In this document: positions 12,701 to 22,197 of the stretch, piece after piece
Layout of the letters: every line of letters begins with the position of its first letter
How positions within the stretch are numbered: the stretch's first letter is position 1
NCBI GenBank assembly: GCA_002633005.1
Contig: NMRA01000583.1
Location: forward strand, 77,994 to 141,993
Length of the DNA stretch: 64,000 bases
DNA from: Phoronis australis
Taxonomy: Eukaryota > Animalia > Phoronida
Direction of reading: 5' to 3'
Position numbers and translations under genes: made by a program
The notes under the pieces: generated by a model
Databases searched by the model: none
What the model was told of the DNA's origin: nothing
What the model saw: only the letters and a program-made list of their open reading frames with translations

Positions 12701-15700
12701 TTGTTTTTCAAGAGCAATATGGGCAAGTTATAATGACATCACTGAATTATAGCAAAATCTAACCAAATTTATATTTCTTTATTCTCAAAGGCTTTTAGTA
12801 CTGCTGTGAATATCAACAATTTTTCAACATAGGAACATAGGAAGATTGTACCTGAGAAATGAATGATAGGATTCACATTGAACTTACAAATACACTGCTT
12901 TATTAACTGTTCTCTAAAACGCTGTTAGATGTTTTGAAAATCTTGTAACCTGCACGTAGCTTATGCGAGCTCAGGTTTTGTTTAACAACCTCGTAAAAAT
13001 TTTAAGTCGCCACGCACAAATCTGGTCAAAATACTACAGAAAGATAATACATTAGAGTTGGAATTGTTTGACATGAAAATGGAAGGGCCTGTTCATGACC
13101 CCTGCAGAGATAATTCTTCTTGATTGTCTTTTTCTCCCTAAGATGGGCGGCAAGTCTGTGCAGAATATTGGGACTGAGGGAGAAACTGGTTACTATGGAA
13201 CACGGAATACGACTAAAGCAAGTGTGAAAATTGCCCATTATGGAGCGCAAAAAACACTAGATGACAGAAAAAGCTGGATCTTGGGTTGGAGCTCTAGCAG
13301 CAGCCTTGTCTGACCATTCTTCTTTAGGCCGCAACTCAATATACGTCATTTGTAGGGGCCAGGTGTACATTTCTGGAAGTGATTAACGAAGACATGAATT
13401 TAGTCTTACGCATCCATATAATTGCTGAGAAAGGTTTAGCCAAGTGATTACCAGTTTTGTGTGAATTACTCAGAGACTCTGTTTATTTGTTTAAGTTTAG
13501 TGAGATTCTATTATTTTTCAGAAATAGTCGTGTGGAGCATTAGATCTGTACCAATCTCTACTGTCGCCTATTGGCGTGGCTGGCAGACGGGAGACCTCCC
13601 CATACTCTGTGTACGTTTCCGATTGACCTCGAGCACATTGACTGTAATGGTGTTCAGTGTTCAATTAGGTTGATGGAACAAAGGATTACTCGAAAAAAAA
13701 ATTTTTGAAAGTTTATCAAAATGTTGATTATGGGAGTATTTGTTCAAGGTGAGAAGAGTTAAAAGACACCAACAGCCTCCCAATGTGTCCCCCTATGTGC
13801 AAAATTTACTTATAGAAACATGCCTGACCATTGAGTCTATGTGAGCCATAATTTTCCAGAAAGCGTCCAGGGTATGGCAGTCCACTGGGACTGCGTATGG
13901 CAGTCCACTGGGACTGCATATGGCAGTCTAGTGGGACAGCATATGGCAGTCACAATAGGCTTTATAGTGTTTGTGGCCAAAAGTGAGAACTTCACACTTC
14001 ATAAAAGATTTAATTTAAAAATGACAGTTACGAAAACATTTACTTTCTACAACAAGTCAACTTAATTCTGCCCATACCCGAAGCACTTGCCGAACTGCAT
14101 ATTACTAAATATGGGACAGACCATGATCGCATAAAACGAATACAAAAGTTGAAAATAATCTCTTTCTCCACAATGAAAACATCTCAATGAACTTACAATC
14201 TACTGTTTCATTTTTCCTTGTTTTTAAACTTAAGTCAAATCCCAGCCGTACACCTGCAAGAAGGTAGGCAATGACCATCGCCTCTGTTGGCCCGAACCAG
14301 AGGCGATGCAGAGGCTATAGACGCTCTGTACGCCGGAAGCTTTTCGGCAAATTATGCCTCGCACCGACTAAACCATCAAAGTCACGTTGTTATAAATACC
14401 TTTTGCGCATAGAGGAACACCTGAGGAGGTTGTCGATGTGTTTAATTCCTTCCAACTCGAACAAATACTCCCATTATCAAACTTTTTCTTCGAGCAGTCC
14501 CTATTTCAGTTCCCAAAATCGTGAACTCACCATTTTTATACTGCGCACGCTCCAATTCATGACCTCAATCTTTAAATAGGCCAAAGGTGAGCCATTGCGG
14601 TCTTGTCAGTCAAATGTTCGTTTCCAAAATGCCACCACTTATACTTGTCTTTAATTGGCGTTACTTGAAACTGATTGTATTTCAATGAATTATTGTTTGT
14701 ATTTGATAAAAATAAATGCTGTTGATATGACATTTAATAGTCTTTGTGCACATATTTGACATTTTAATGTTTAACAACACGGCAAATGCACGGCTGGTTC
14801 CCGGCAGCACGTACGTGAAGGGCGGGAACTTCAGCTTTCGAAGTTCGCTGGTAGGATCGCAACTTCTGACCTTCGGCCTGGTTAAAAAAATGAAAATGTT
14901 GATTTCACAATTTTGGGAACTGAAATAGGAACTGCTAGAAGAAAAAGTTTCATAATGGGAGTATTTGTTTGAGTTGGAAGGAATTAAACACATCGACAAC
15001 CTCCTAAGGTGTTCCTCTATGCGCAAAAGGTATTTATAACCACGTGACTTTGATGGTTTAGTCGGTGCGAGGCATAATTCGCCAAAAAGCTTCCGCCGTA
15101 CAGAGCGCCTATAGCCTCTGCATCGGGCCAACAGAGGCGATGGTCATTGCCCAGCAAGAAGGCAGAGTCAGAGAGATAACTAAACTGCAGCAAAATTGCA
15201 TGTACTTTGCCTTTGGTCGTCTGCAGTGATTCATTGAAACAAAGCCATTGCTTTCATCAGATTACATTTCATGGATAATTCTGAAGCAAAAGAGTTGTGT
15301 AAATCACACAAACTGTAATTTGGCGACAAGTATCCCAGTGACAAGATTTAGTACTTCAGAACAATTCCGCAGAGGTAATTAATTTCAGTGAAGAACTTAG
15401 GCAATGGTCGGATGTAGCGATCCCTGATTTTGAGAATCAGGCAATCGCTGAATAATTGGCCCGTTATTCAGTGTATGAAAGTGGTTCTCAAAATCTGAGT
15501 TCGCTGCATCCAGTGCCAACTTTTAACAATCTGTAACATTTCCAATTAAATATAACGGAAAACGTGCCAAAACGTACGATATTTAAGTTGCTAGTCAATG
15601 ATAAGCTTACCAAACTTGACAAGGTAATGAATTTATTAAAAACATTAATTATCATTTATTCAGGAAGCGTGATTTGATCGTCTTTCAGACTTTCACCCCG

Positions 15701-15926
15701 GCGGCGGCGAGGCCAGTCAGAGAAACATTCATTTGCCTAACAGTGCTAATAAATTGGACTGATAACGAAATTAATTGTCTACAAAATTGAGATATAATAC
15801 ATAATAGCATTCTTAGAATTAGGATACTTGTTGAACTTCTCTTTGAGTTGCTGTGTCAGGCGACTGTGATTCTTTTAGAAGTTGAATTATCTGTTGCAGT
15901 CCATCCTGATCCGGCTGCCACGCCAT
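568..15926 (-). CDS. TNPO1: Transportin (TNPO1/TNPO2 co-ortholog, karyopherin beta2), 5' part; continues past the left edge
   Basis: Exons complement(join 15828-15926,12105-12180,8593-8849,[one exon missing],4409-4490,3369-3491,2385-2564,1505-1615,1062-1140,568-720). Translation includes [58 protein letters not shown] and [19 protein letters not shown], which are transportin hallmarks. GT-AG boundaries; phases consistent except across 4491-8592. Confidence 0.96.
1062..1140 (-). CDS. TNPO1: Transportin exon (end of H8 acidic loop)
   Basis: [26 protein letters not shown]; 79 nt. Confidence 0.92.
1505..1615 (-). CDS. TNPO1: Transportin exon (start of H8 acidic loop)
   Basis: [37 protein letters not shown]; 111 nt. 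Confidence 0.92.
1705..1770 (-). ncRNA. SNORD81: Intronic box C/D snoRNA, SNORD81 (U81)-like, copy 1
   Basis: Minus strand reads TGGGA-G-GTGATGT-GACTGAACTCTCTCA-CTGA(D')-tcttag-TGAAGA(C')-...-CTGA(D)-TCCCA. Terminal stem present, sense to host, 89 nt from the 3' splice site. Guide is antisense to the conserved 28S segment GAGAGAGUUCA. Confidence 0.85.
2385..2564 (-). CDS. TNPO1: Transportin exon
   Basis: [27 protein letters not shown]...[12 protein letters not shown]; 180 nt. Confidence 0.95.
3140..3202 (-). ncRNA. SNORD81: Intronic box C/D snoRNA, SNORD81 (U81)-like, copy 2
   Basis: TGGGA-A-ATGATGG-TTGAACTCTCTCA-CTGA-ctaatg-TGAAGA-...-CTGA-TCCCA; same boxes, stem and D' guide as copy 1, in the neighbouring intron. 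Confidence 0.85.
3369..3491 (-). CDS. TNPO1: Transportin exon
   Basis: [41 protein letters not shown]; 123 nt. Confidence 0.93.
3698..4211. mobile_element. Non-autonomous hAT-like MITE
   Basis: TIRs CAGGGCTTGGAAT...ATTCCAAGCCTTG; 6-bp flanking duplication AGTGAA; the end of a second copy lies at 4533-4680 next to the N. Confidence 0.65.
4409..4490 (-). CDS. TNPO1: Transportin exon (after the missing exon)
   Basis: (R)[27 protein letters not shown]; 82 nt; starts in phase 2. Confidence 0.93.
4681..8510. repeat. Diverged direct repeat of about 210 bp (4681-4895 and about 8310-8510)
   Basis: Both copies read atatacattgtatatttcttcctgctttga...gagcccccactgtgagccttcagaggcttcctagt...gctgcataaaggcctgcc. 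Confidence 0.8.
8593..8849 (-). CDS. TNPO1: Transportin exon 3
   Basis: (D)[14 protein letters not shown]...[10 protein letters not shown]; 257 nt; phase 1 to 0. Confidence 0.95.
12105..12180 (-). CDS. TNPO1: Transportin exon 2
   Basis: [25 protein letters not shown]; 76 nt; cag/gtaagt. Confidence 0.93.
13872..13950. repeat. 23-bp minisatellite (GTATGGCAGTCCACTGGGACTGC), about 3.5 copies
   Basis: Direct reading. Confidence 0.8.
14265..15153. mobile_element. Non-autonomous Mutator (MULE)-like element with long TIRs, in TNPO intron 1
   Basis: Ends TAGGCAATGACC...GGTCATTGCCCA; TIRs about 270 bp; exact 9-bp TSD GCAAGAAGG (14256-14264 and 15154-15162). Confidence 0.85.
15828..15926 (-). CDS. 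TNPO1: Transportin coding exon 1
   Basis: [33 protein letters not shown]; 99 nt; donor GTATCCT. Confidence 0.93.
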
Positions 15927-16420
15927 TTTTTCTTTCCTTCAAAGGTAAATACGGAAACAGTCGAAGTTCGCCTGACCTTTACAAATGAAACGTATGATAT
16001 AACTAGGACTATTTTTTCATTTGATGATTTTGGAGTAATCCTTCTACTTGCAATATATGGACTTCTACGATTAGTTGACCACTGAACAGTAAAGTATTAC
16101 TTTTTCTTTATTGTGACGGAAATTCCCGAATACTGGTTATAAAATCCGGTTCATTCGACAGTGTTCGACGAGACTTTCTCTTTATGTGAACCTTTGTTTT
16201 TACTACCATAGCTATATGTGGTGTTGTCCTCAGTAAAAACAATAATGTGACCTCCCTCCCTATTTAATGACCATTCCTGAATCTTAAAGGGCATTTTTAT
16301 TTGCATTTCGTTCTACACTTTTTCTCAGACCTACAAAATTTTGTTAGCGCCCCCAGCGGCAGATTGTTTGAAAACACATTTCTCTTCCGCAAATTTCTTG
16401 ACAAGTGGGCTGGTGAGTAA
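15921..16420. promoter_or_regulatory. Putative divergent promoter region of TNPO and FBXW9
   Basis: Unique DNA between the TNPO ATG and the TE cluster; YY1-type AAAATGGCG over the ATG; CTCF-like TAGCGCCCCCAGCGG near 16345; plus-strand donor-like TG|GTGAGT near 16413. The FBXW9 ATG directly follows an acceptor, so an upstream non-coding exon is likely. Confidence 0.4.
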
Positions 16421-16641
16421 TGTAGTGTGGTATCTGACTATTTTTACTAAACAAGAACGAGCTGCAGGTCTTCACGTGAAATTGTTTGTCGACATGGTGT
16501 GGCAGGTCGCTACGCACACATTTGAGCACAGCCAACACGTAGCCTGCCAGCGACAGCGTCTGGACTAGTCATAGGCAATGACCGTCGCCTCTGCACTGGC
16601 TCTTGTTGGCCCGACCAGAGGCGATGCAGCTCCTATAGGCG

Positions 16642-17567
16642 CAGTGGCGGATCTAGGATATCACAAGCGGGGGGGCAACATTTTGTCCAGCTGTAAACAT
16701 TTGCGCAAACTGAACCACGATTGTAGACGCGCATAGCACCGAATGGGGGGAGGGGGGTTTGCCACCCTCCCGCCCAGGAAATTTTTCTGTTTTTACCTCT
16801 AAAAATCAAGCAGTTTCCTTGATTCCTGAAGTATTATCCAAGAAAAAAAGGCAAAAAAAAAGAGAACGTGTCAAAGAGGAAAAACTACAAGTATCAAAGA
16901 CTCGAACTCACGACCTTGCGCATAGTGCGCGCGTGCGTTACCACTACACCACCACGATTTCACTAATAATCTTATACTAAGAGACCTACTTGTTTATGGT
17001 CCACAGCGTTTGCTTCTTTTTGTAATGCTTATTACACGTTTTGTGCCATCGATTCTTAACAAATTTGTCGTATTTAAAATAGTCTTCAAATGCCCAAAAG
17101 ACCAAATCCGTTTTTTGTGTTGGCAATAATGACGGGATTGCTTTGGAAATCGTCTTAACATAAGGTTTGACAAAGAGAGTATTGCGAGTTTCTGAGTGAT
17201 TCACTAAGGCTTCAATTAAAATTCACATCTTACCAGCAGCTTCTGTTTTTTCATCGTCACTCAGGTTCCATTTTCTTTAAAAAATGAAGTAAATTATCTT
17301 CATTGGACAGTGGAGCAGACGATGGAAACTGAGTCGTAGTGCGCAGCGCCACTGCCGGTCGAATGTGCCGTGTTCCGAATTTGACACTTGAAATTGGATT
17401 TGAGCCCCCCCCCAACACTAAAACTCACACATTTAAATCTTTTTTCATCCATATAATTTTAATTACCAAGGTTAATTAATAAACTCAACATTTCCCTACG
17501 CTCTTACTGTTTTATTTTTTTGCGGCAGCCAAGGGGGGGCCCGGGCCCCCCCATAAATTCGCCTATG
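16642..17567. mobile_element. Nested non-autonomous DNA transposon with 5-bp TSD
   Basis: Imperfect TIRs CAGTGGCGGATCTA / CATAGGCGAATTTA; TSD AGGCG (16637-16641 and 17568-17572); removal restores host ctcctataggcgctccat. Confidence 0.75.
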
Positions 17568-17759
17568 AGGCGCTCCATACGCCGGAAGCTTTTCGGCGAA
17601 TTATGCCTCGCACCGACTAAAACATCAAAGTCATGTTGTTATAAATACCTTGTGCACATAGAGGAACACCTTAGGAGGTTGTCGATGTATTTAATTCCTT
17701 CCAACTCGAACAAATACTCCTGTTATCTGCGTTATCTACTTTTTCTTCGAGCAGTCCCC

Positions 17760-18348
17760 TGTTGATATGAGCGACCTCTACCAGTCTCTATATATATGTG
17801 TGTTGCATAGTGGGAACACCTGTTAGTTGTAGTGTGAGCGCCAGTTAGTGAGCATCAATAAAAGCAGTGCTAGTGATCCTGAAGATCGTTCTCTATTTCA
17901 CTCAACATGGTGGCAGCGGTATTTTGACCAATCTCTGAAAGATGGCAACGAACGGCAATTTTAGACTGCCTCCACAACTGGACTTGTTGAACGCTAATCT
18001 CGCGGAAACGTTCCGCAAATGGAAACAACAATTAAACGTGTATTTGTTGGCCAGGGGAGCGACAGGAAAACCCAAAAAGGTACAAGCAGCAATTATTTTG
18101 CATTGCGGTGGCAATGACATGATTAGTGACGCTGAACATTTCGTATATGATAATGCCAGAGACGAGGAAGATCCCGAGAAACTGTTACAAAAACTGGAGG
18201 AGTATTGTACGCCAAAACAAAATGTGGTGGTCGACACATTTCGTTTTGGCGTACAATACTCCTCCAGTTTTTGTAAAAGTTTCTCGGGATCTTCCTCGTC
18301 TAGGCGCACATGCCAAAATGCCTATTTCACTCTGACAACAACTCAACA
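17760..18348 (+). mobile_element. Internally deleted Gypsy/Ty3 LTR retrotransposon (5' LTR, PBS, gag start, 3' LTR stub)
   Basis: LTR TGTTG...CAACA (17760-17907) with AATAAA; PBS TGGTGGCAGCGGT (tRNA-Leu type); gag from 17942 (MATNGNFRLPPQLDL...FRKWKQQLNVYLLA...QAAIILHCGG); ends ...ACTCAACA; approximate TSD TCCC(C/T). Confidence 0.85.
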
Positions 18349-19097
18349 TCCCTATTTCAGTTTCCAAAATTGTGAACTCAACATTTTTGCACTGCGCACG
18401 CCAAGAGATATGACCTCATTCTTTTAACCAGGCCGAAGGTCAGAAGTTGCGGTCCTGCTGGCGAACTTTGAGAGCTGAAGTCCCTGCCCTCTGCGTACGT
18501 GCTGCCGGGAACCAGCCGTGCATTTGCCGTGTTGTTAAACATTAAATGTCAAATATGTGCACAAAGACTATTAAAAGTCATATCAACAGCATTTATTTTT
18601 ATCAAATACAAACAATAATTCATTGAAATACATCAGTTTCAAGTAACGCCAATTAAAGACAAGTAGTGGTGGCATTTTGGAAACGAACATTTGACTGAAA
18701 AGACCGTAATGGCTCACCTTTGGCCTATTTAAAGATTGAGGTCATGAAGTCACATCACCTAGCGAGCACGGTAAAAATTGGAGCGTGCGCAGTATAAAAA
18801 TGGTGAGTTCACGATTTTGGGAACTGAACGAGTGACTGCTCGAACAAAAAGTTCGATAACGTAAGTATTTGTTCGAAATGGAAAGAATTAAACACACCGA
18901 CAACCTCCTAAGGTGTCCCGCTACGCGCAAAAGGTATTTATAACAACGTGACTTTGGTGTTTTTGGTGCAAGGCATAATTCGCCGAAAAGCTTCCGGCGT
19001 ATGGAGCACCTATAGGAGCTGCATCGCCTCTGGTCGGGTCAACAGAGGAGATGGTCATTGCCTACGTCTGGACTAGACACTACAGTGTCACTGACAC

Positions 19098-20629
19098 TGT
19101 CAATGACCACATACACCGTCTCTAGCTGGCCCACTGCACAGGCGTACTCAGCTTCTAATCGTCCCCAATACACTACATATATAATACTACAAGGTATGAC
19201 ACTTGGGACAAGAAATTCGAAGGGTGCTTCACTTCAGCCGTCCATTTCAACCACAAAACTCAATTAATTTACACAAAACATGGGTTCTGCAACCCATGAA
19301 CAATTGTTCTTTCTTCTGATAGCATTTACAGTGTCCTGCTGCAGCAAGTTCACAACAAATTTGCTGACAAAGCACAAAATTCTTCCCAAAAGCCAATGCG
19401 TACTGTCAGTGTGTCCCATGTGAGTCGGTACGGAATTATCCTATGAGTTACGGATGGACTGCAATTGCCAGTTTATCACGGAAGGTTACAAAATGGTCTT
19501 AGCTATTGATGTTGTGACCTTCCGTGACAAATTGGCAATTTCAGTGGGGCACATTGACAGTATGCATCGACTTTTTGGGGAGATTTTTTGCTTTGACCGC
19601 AAATTTGTTAAGAACTCGCTGGAGCATGACACCGTAAATGCTATCAGAAGAAAGAACAATTGCTCATGGCATGTTGAACCCCTGTTTTGTGTAAATTTAT
19701 CGAGTTTTGTGTTTCATATGGACTGCTGAATTGGAGCACCCGTGGAATTTCTAGTTCCGAATGTCATACCTTGTACTAGTACTGTGTTTTGGAGACTATC
19801 AGAAGCTGAGGACGCCTGTGGCTCAGTATGGCAGTAGAGACAGTGTAGGTCCTACAGGAGCTTCATACGCCGTAAGCTCTTCGGCAAATTATGCCTCACG
19901 CCAACTAAAACAATATGTTATGTTGTTATACATGTAAGTACCATTTTAGGCCGTCAATGTCTTTAATTCCTTCCAACTCATTAAACTCCCATTACCAAAC
20001 TTTTTCTTCAAACAGTCTCTCGTTCAATTCCCAAAATTGGTAACTGCCCATTTTTACACTAAGCACATCGGGATATGATGTCATGCTACTTGCTGCGCGC
20101 AGTGTTAAAAATGGCCAGTTTCCGATTTTGGGAAATGATCGAGGCACTGCTCGAAGAAAATTGTTCGAGTTGGTCAAATTAAAGACATCGACAACCTCCT
20201 AAGGTGTCCCTCTGTGCTCAAAAAGTACTTAAAACAATGTGACTTTGATGAGTGTGAGGCATCATTTGTCGAAAATCTTCCGGTGTATGAAGCTCCTATA
20301 GGAGCTACACTGTCTACTGGGCCAGCTAGAGACGGTGGTCACTGTCTACGTCTCGACTAGACATACTCACAGTCATAGGCAGTGACCACCGTCTCTTAGT
20401 CTAGGTGGCCAATAAAGATGGTGAAGTTCCTGGCCATTTTTAACACTGCGCGCGGCAGTTGGTATGACATCACATCCCCTAGCATGCGTTACAATGGCCA
20501 GTTTCCAATTTTGGGAACCTCCTAAAATGTCCCTCTATGTGCAAAAGATACTTATTATAACAATGTGACTTTGATTTTTTAATACGCCAAAAAGTTTCCG
20601 GGCCTACTAGAGATGGTGGTCACTCTCTA
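19098..20629. mobile_element. Two older degenerate copies of the MULE-like family (about 19098-20348 and 20376-20629)
   Basis: Diverged TIR ends (TAGGCAGTGACCACCGTCTC, GAGACGGTGGTCACTGTCTA) and internal matches such as ttccttccaactc and acaacctcctaaggtgtcc. Confidence 0.65.
19137..19820. mobile_element. Foldback MITE with long diverged TIRs, inserted in an older MULE-like copy
   Basis: CACAGGCGTACTCAGCTTCT...AGAAGCTGAGGACGCCTGTG; arms roughly 280 bp. Confidence 0.7.
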
Positions 20630-21734
20630 TATCTAGACTAGACATTGACCACCTTTTAGCACTGCACATCACTGGTTTTTAGTGTGTTGAGGAAGTTGCA
20701 ATTTTTCCAACTTCACTCACTGGACGTACCTAAGATTTTTTTGCTGTATTCATGCTCTGGGGTGTCATGACAATTGTTTCTACCCTTGTCATGAATAATT
20801 CATGTCGCCAAAGCCAGCATTTAGAAAAGTAGCTATTGCTAAAAGCAAATGCTGTTTACTGTTAAAAACTTACAAGAAGATTAACTAAGTAAGAACAAAA
20901 TCGTCACTCAAAATTTAGCTCTACCTGTAGGAGCTACCTTTCGGTTGGCAAAACGCATGTGATGGCTATCAGCCTAGTATGGCAAAGCTAGGCTGCTGGG
21001 ATCATACATTGACATTACTGCAATAAAGCAAATGGCTTCACTGCCTTCTCACGTTTGTAGTGCATGAGAAGTAACTATGTGAAAAAAGATTGCTCCTGTG
21101 CACTCCAGGGGTAGTCAGTTCAAGGGTAGCCATTTTCGACACATTTTTACATTATTTTGTATCTCCATGTGAATTTTTTTGTGTGAGGTTATTGGATGTT
21201 TAAAATCACATTTTTCTGGGAAGCAACATTACCCTACCTGTCCTAAGCCCAAACGAGACTATTGCTTGTCCATCATACTGCTTGTATACTAATGGAATAG
21301 TCAAGAAGTTGACCTCCTCTTAAGAATAACTGATAGTTTCTGAAATCCAAAGATAACTTTTTGGTGAATGCGTTTACTGAAAATTGCAAAGTTGTTATTT
21401 TTAACAAATATTTCAATATATTTCACACGGCAGTTTACTGGGTAAAGTTACGTAAATCTATGCAAGAACCTCATTAAGAAAGTTACTGTGATCACAAGCT
21501 TTGCTTGTAAATACGTGGTGATGTCTTGGGTGTTCACATGTTGTTGCAAGATTCTCATCTCTATGGAATGCATACCTAAGCTCTAAATCCTTGTACTGTT
21601 GACCATTCTATCGCCTCAGTTCCCATTGTTTTCTTTACACCTGCTCATTATTGAATTTTTCATTTGATATCTTTACCACTTTGTCATCCGATTTTTAAAT
21701 TGTGAGGAACATTTTCTTCATTTGTTTATTCTAG

Positions 21735-22197
21735 ATGGCTGATGGTGAACCACCGCTTTCTTCTGTAAGCCAGGATTTGGGTGACCTCAATCTAGAAGCC
21801 AATGATTCCGAGTCTCCCAGAGAAGATGCAAGTAATAACGACATTCAGTATCAAGACTATCACGCACATGAAGAGAGTTTCTCAACCTCAGGGTGCGAGT
21901 TGGAGCAGCAAGATGAATTTCACGGACTTGGCAGTGGTCCATTGGAACTCTCGGCTGAACTTACTGGTCGTCTTAGCAGGAGTTCTAGTGTAGAGTTTGA
22001 TGTTTCACAGCCAGTGTCTTTGGATAGACTTCCTCCCGAGTTGTTCTTGCGTGTCTGTGATTTTTTAGAGGCCAAAACGGTGATAAAGGTGCTTAGTCTA
22101 GTATGTAGATATTTCCGGGAAATTATTCAAGAGGACATCACTTGGAAAATACGGATATCAAACAGATTACTAGGGAAGGTGTACCCACCAGTACCAG
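21735..22197 (+). CDS. FBXW9: FBXW9 coding exon 1 (acidic N-terminus, F-box)
   Basis: ctag|ATG start; ends CCA G|gtagat. Confidence 0.9.

Larger units (their letters stand above)
12181..15827 (-). other. Probable U12-type (minor spliceosome) GT-AG intron, TNPO intron 1
   Basis: 5' splice site GTATCCTAA; branch site TTACCTTAAC (12191-12200) ending 10 nt before the 3' end; only a minimal pyrimidine tract. Confidence 0.75.
16572..19064. mobile_element. Second copy of the MULE-like element, inverted relative to 14265-15153, carrying two nested insertions
   Basis: Ends TAGGCAATGACC...GGTCATTGCCTA; internal sequence is the reverse complement of copy 1; interrupted at 16642-17567 and 17760-18348. 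Confidence 0.85.

Noticed and set aside
16150-16176. IRE-like CAGTGT loop near the promoter
   Set aside because: Upper stem is only 4 bp and there is no bulged C at the canonical position.
14271-18930. Similar ORFs ([10 protein letters not shown]...) at 14271, 14682, 17520 and 18742 suggesting a peptide family
   Set aside because: They are translations of the TIRs of one non-autonomous transposon family.
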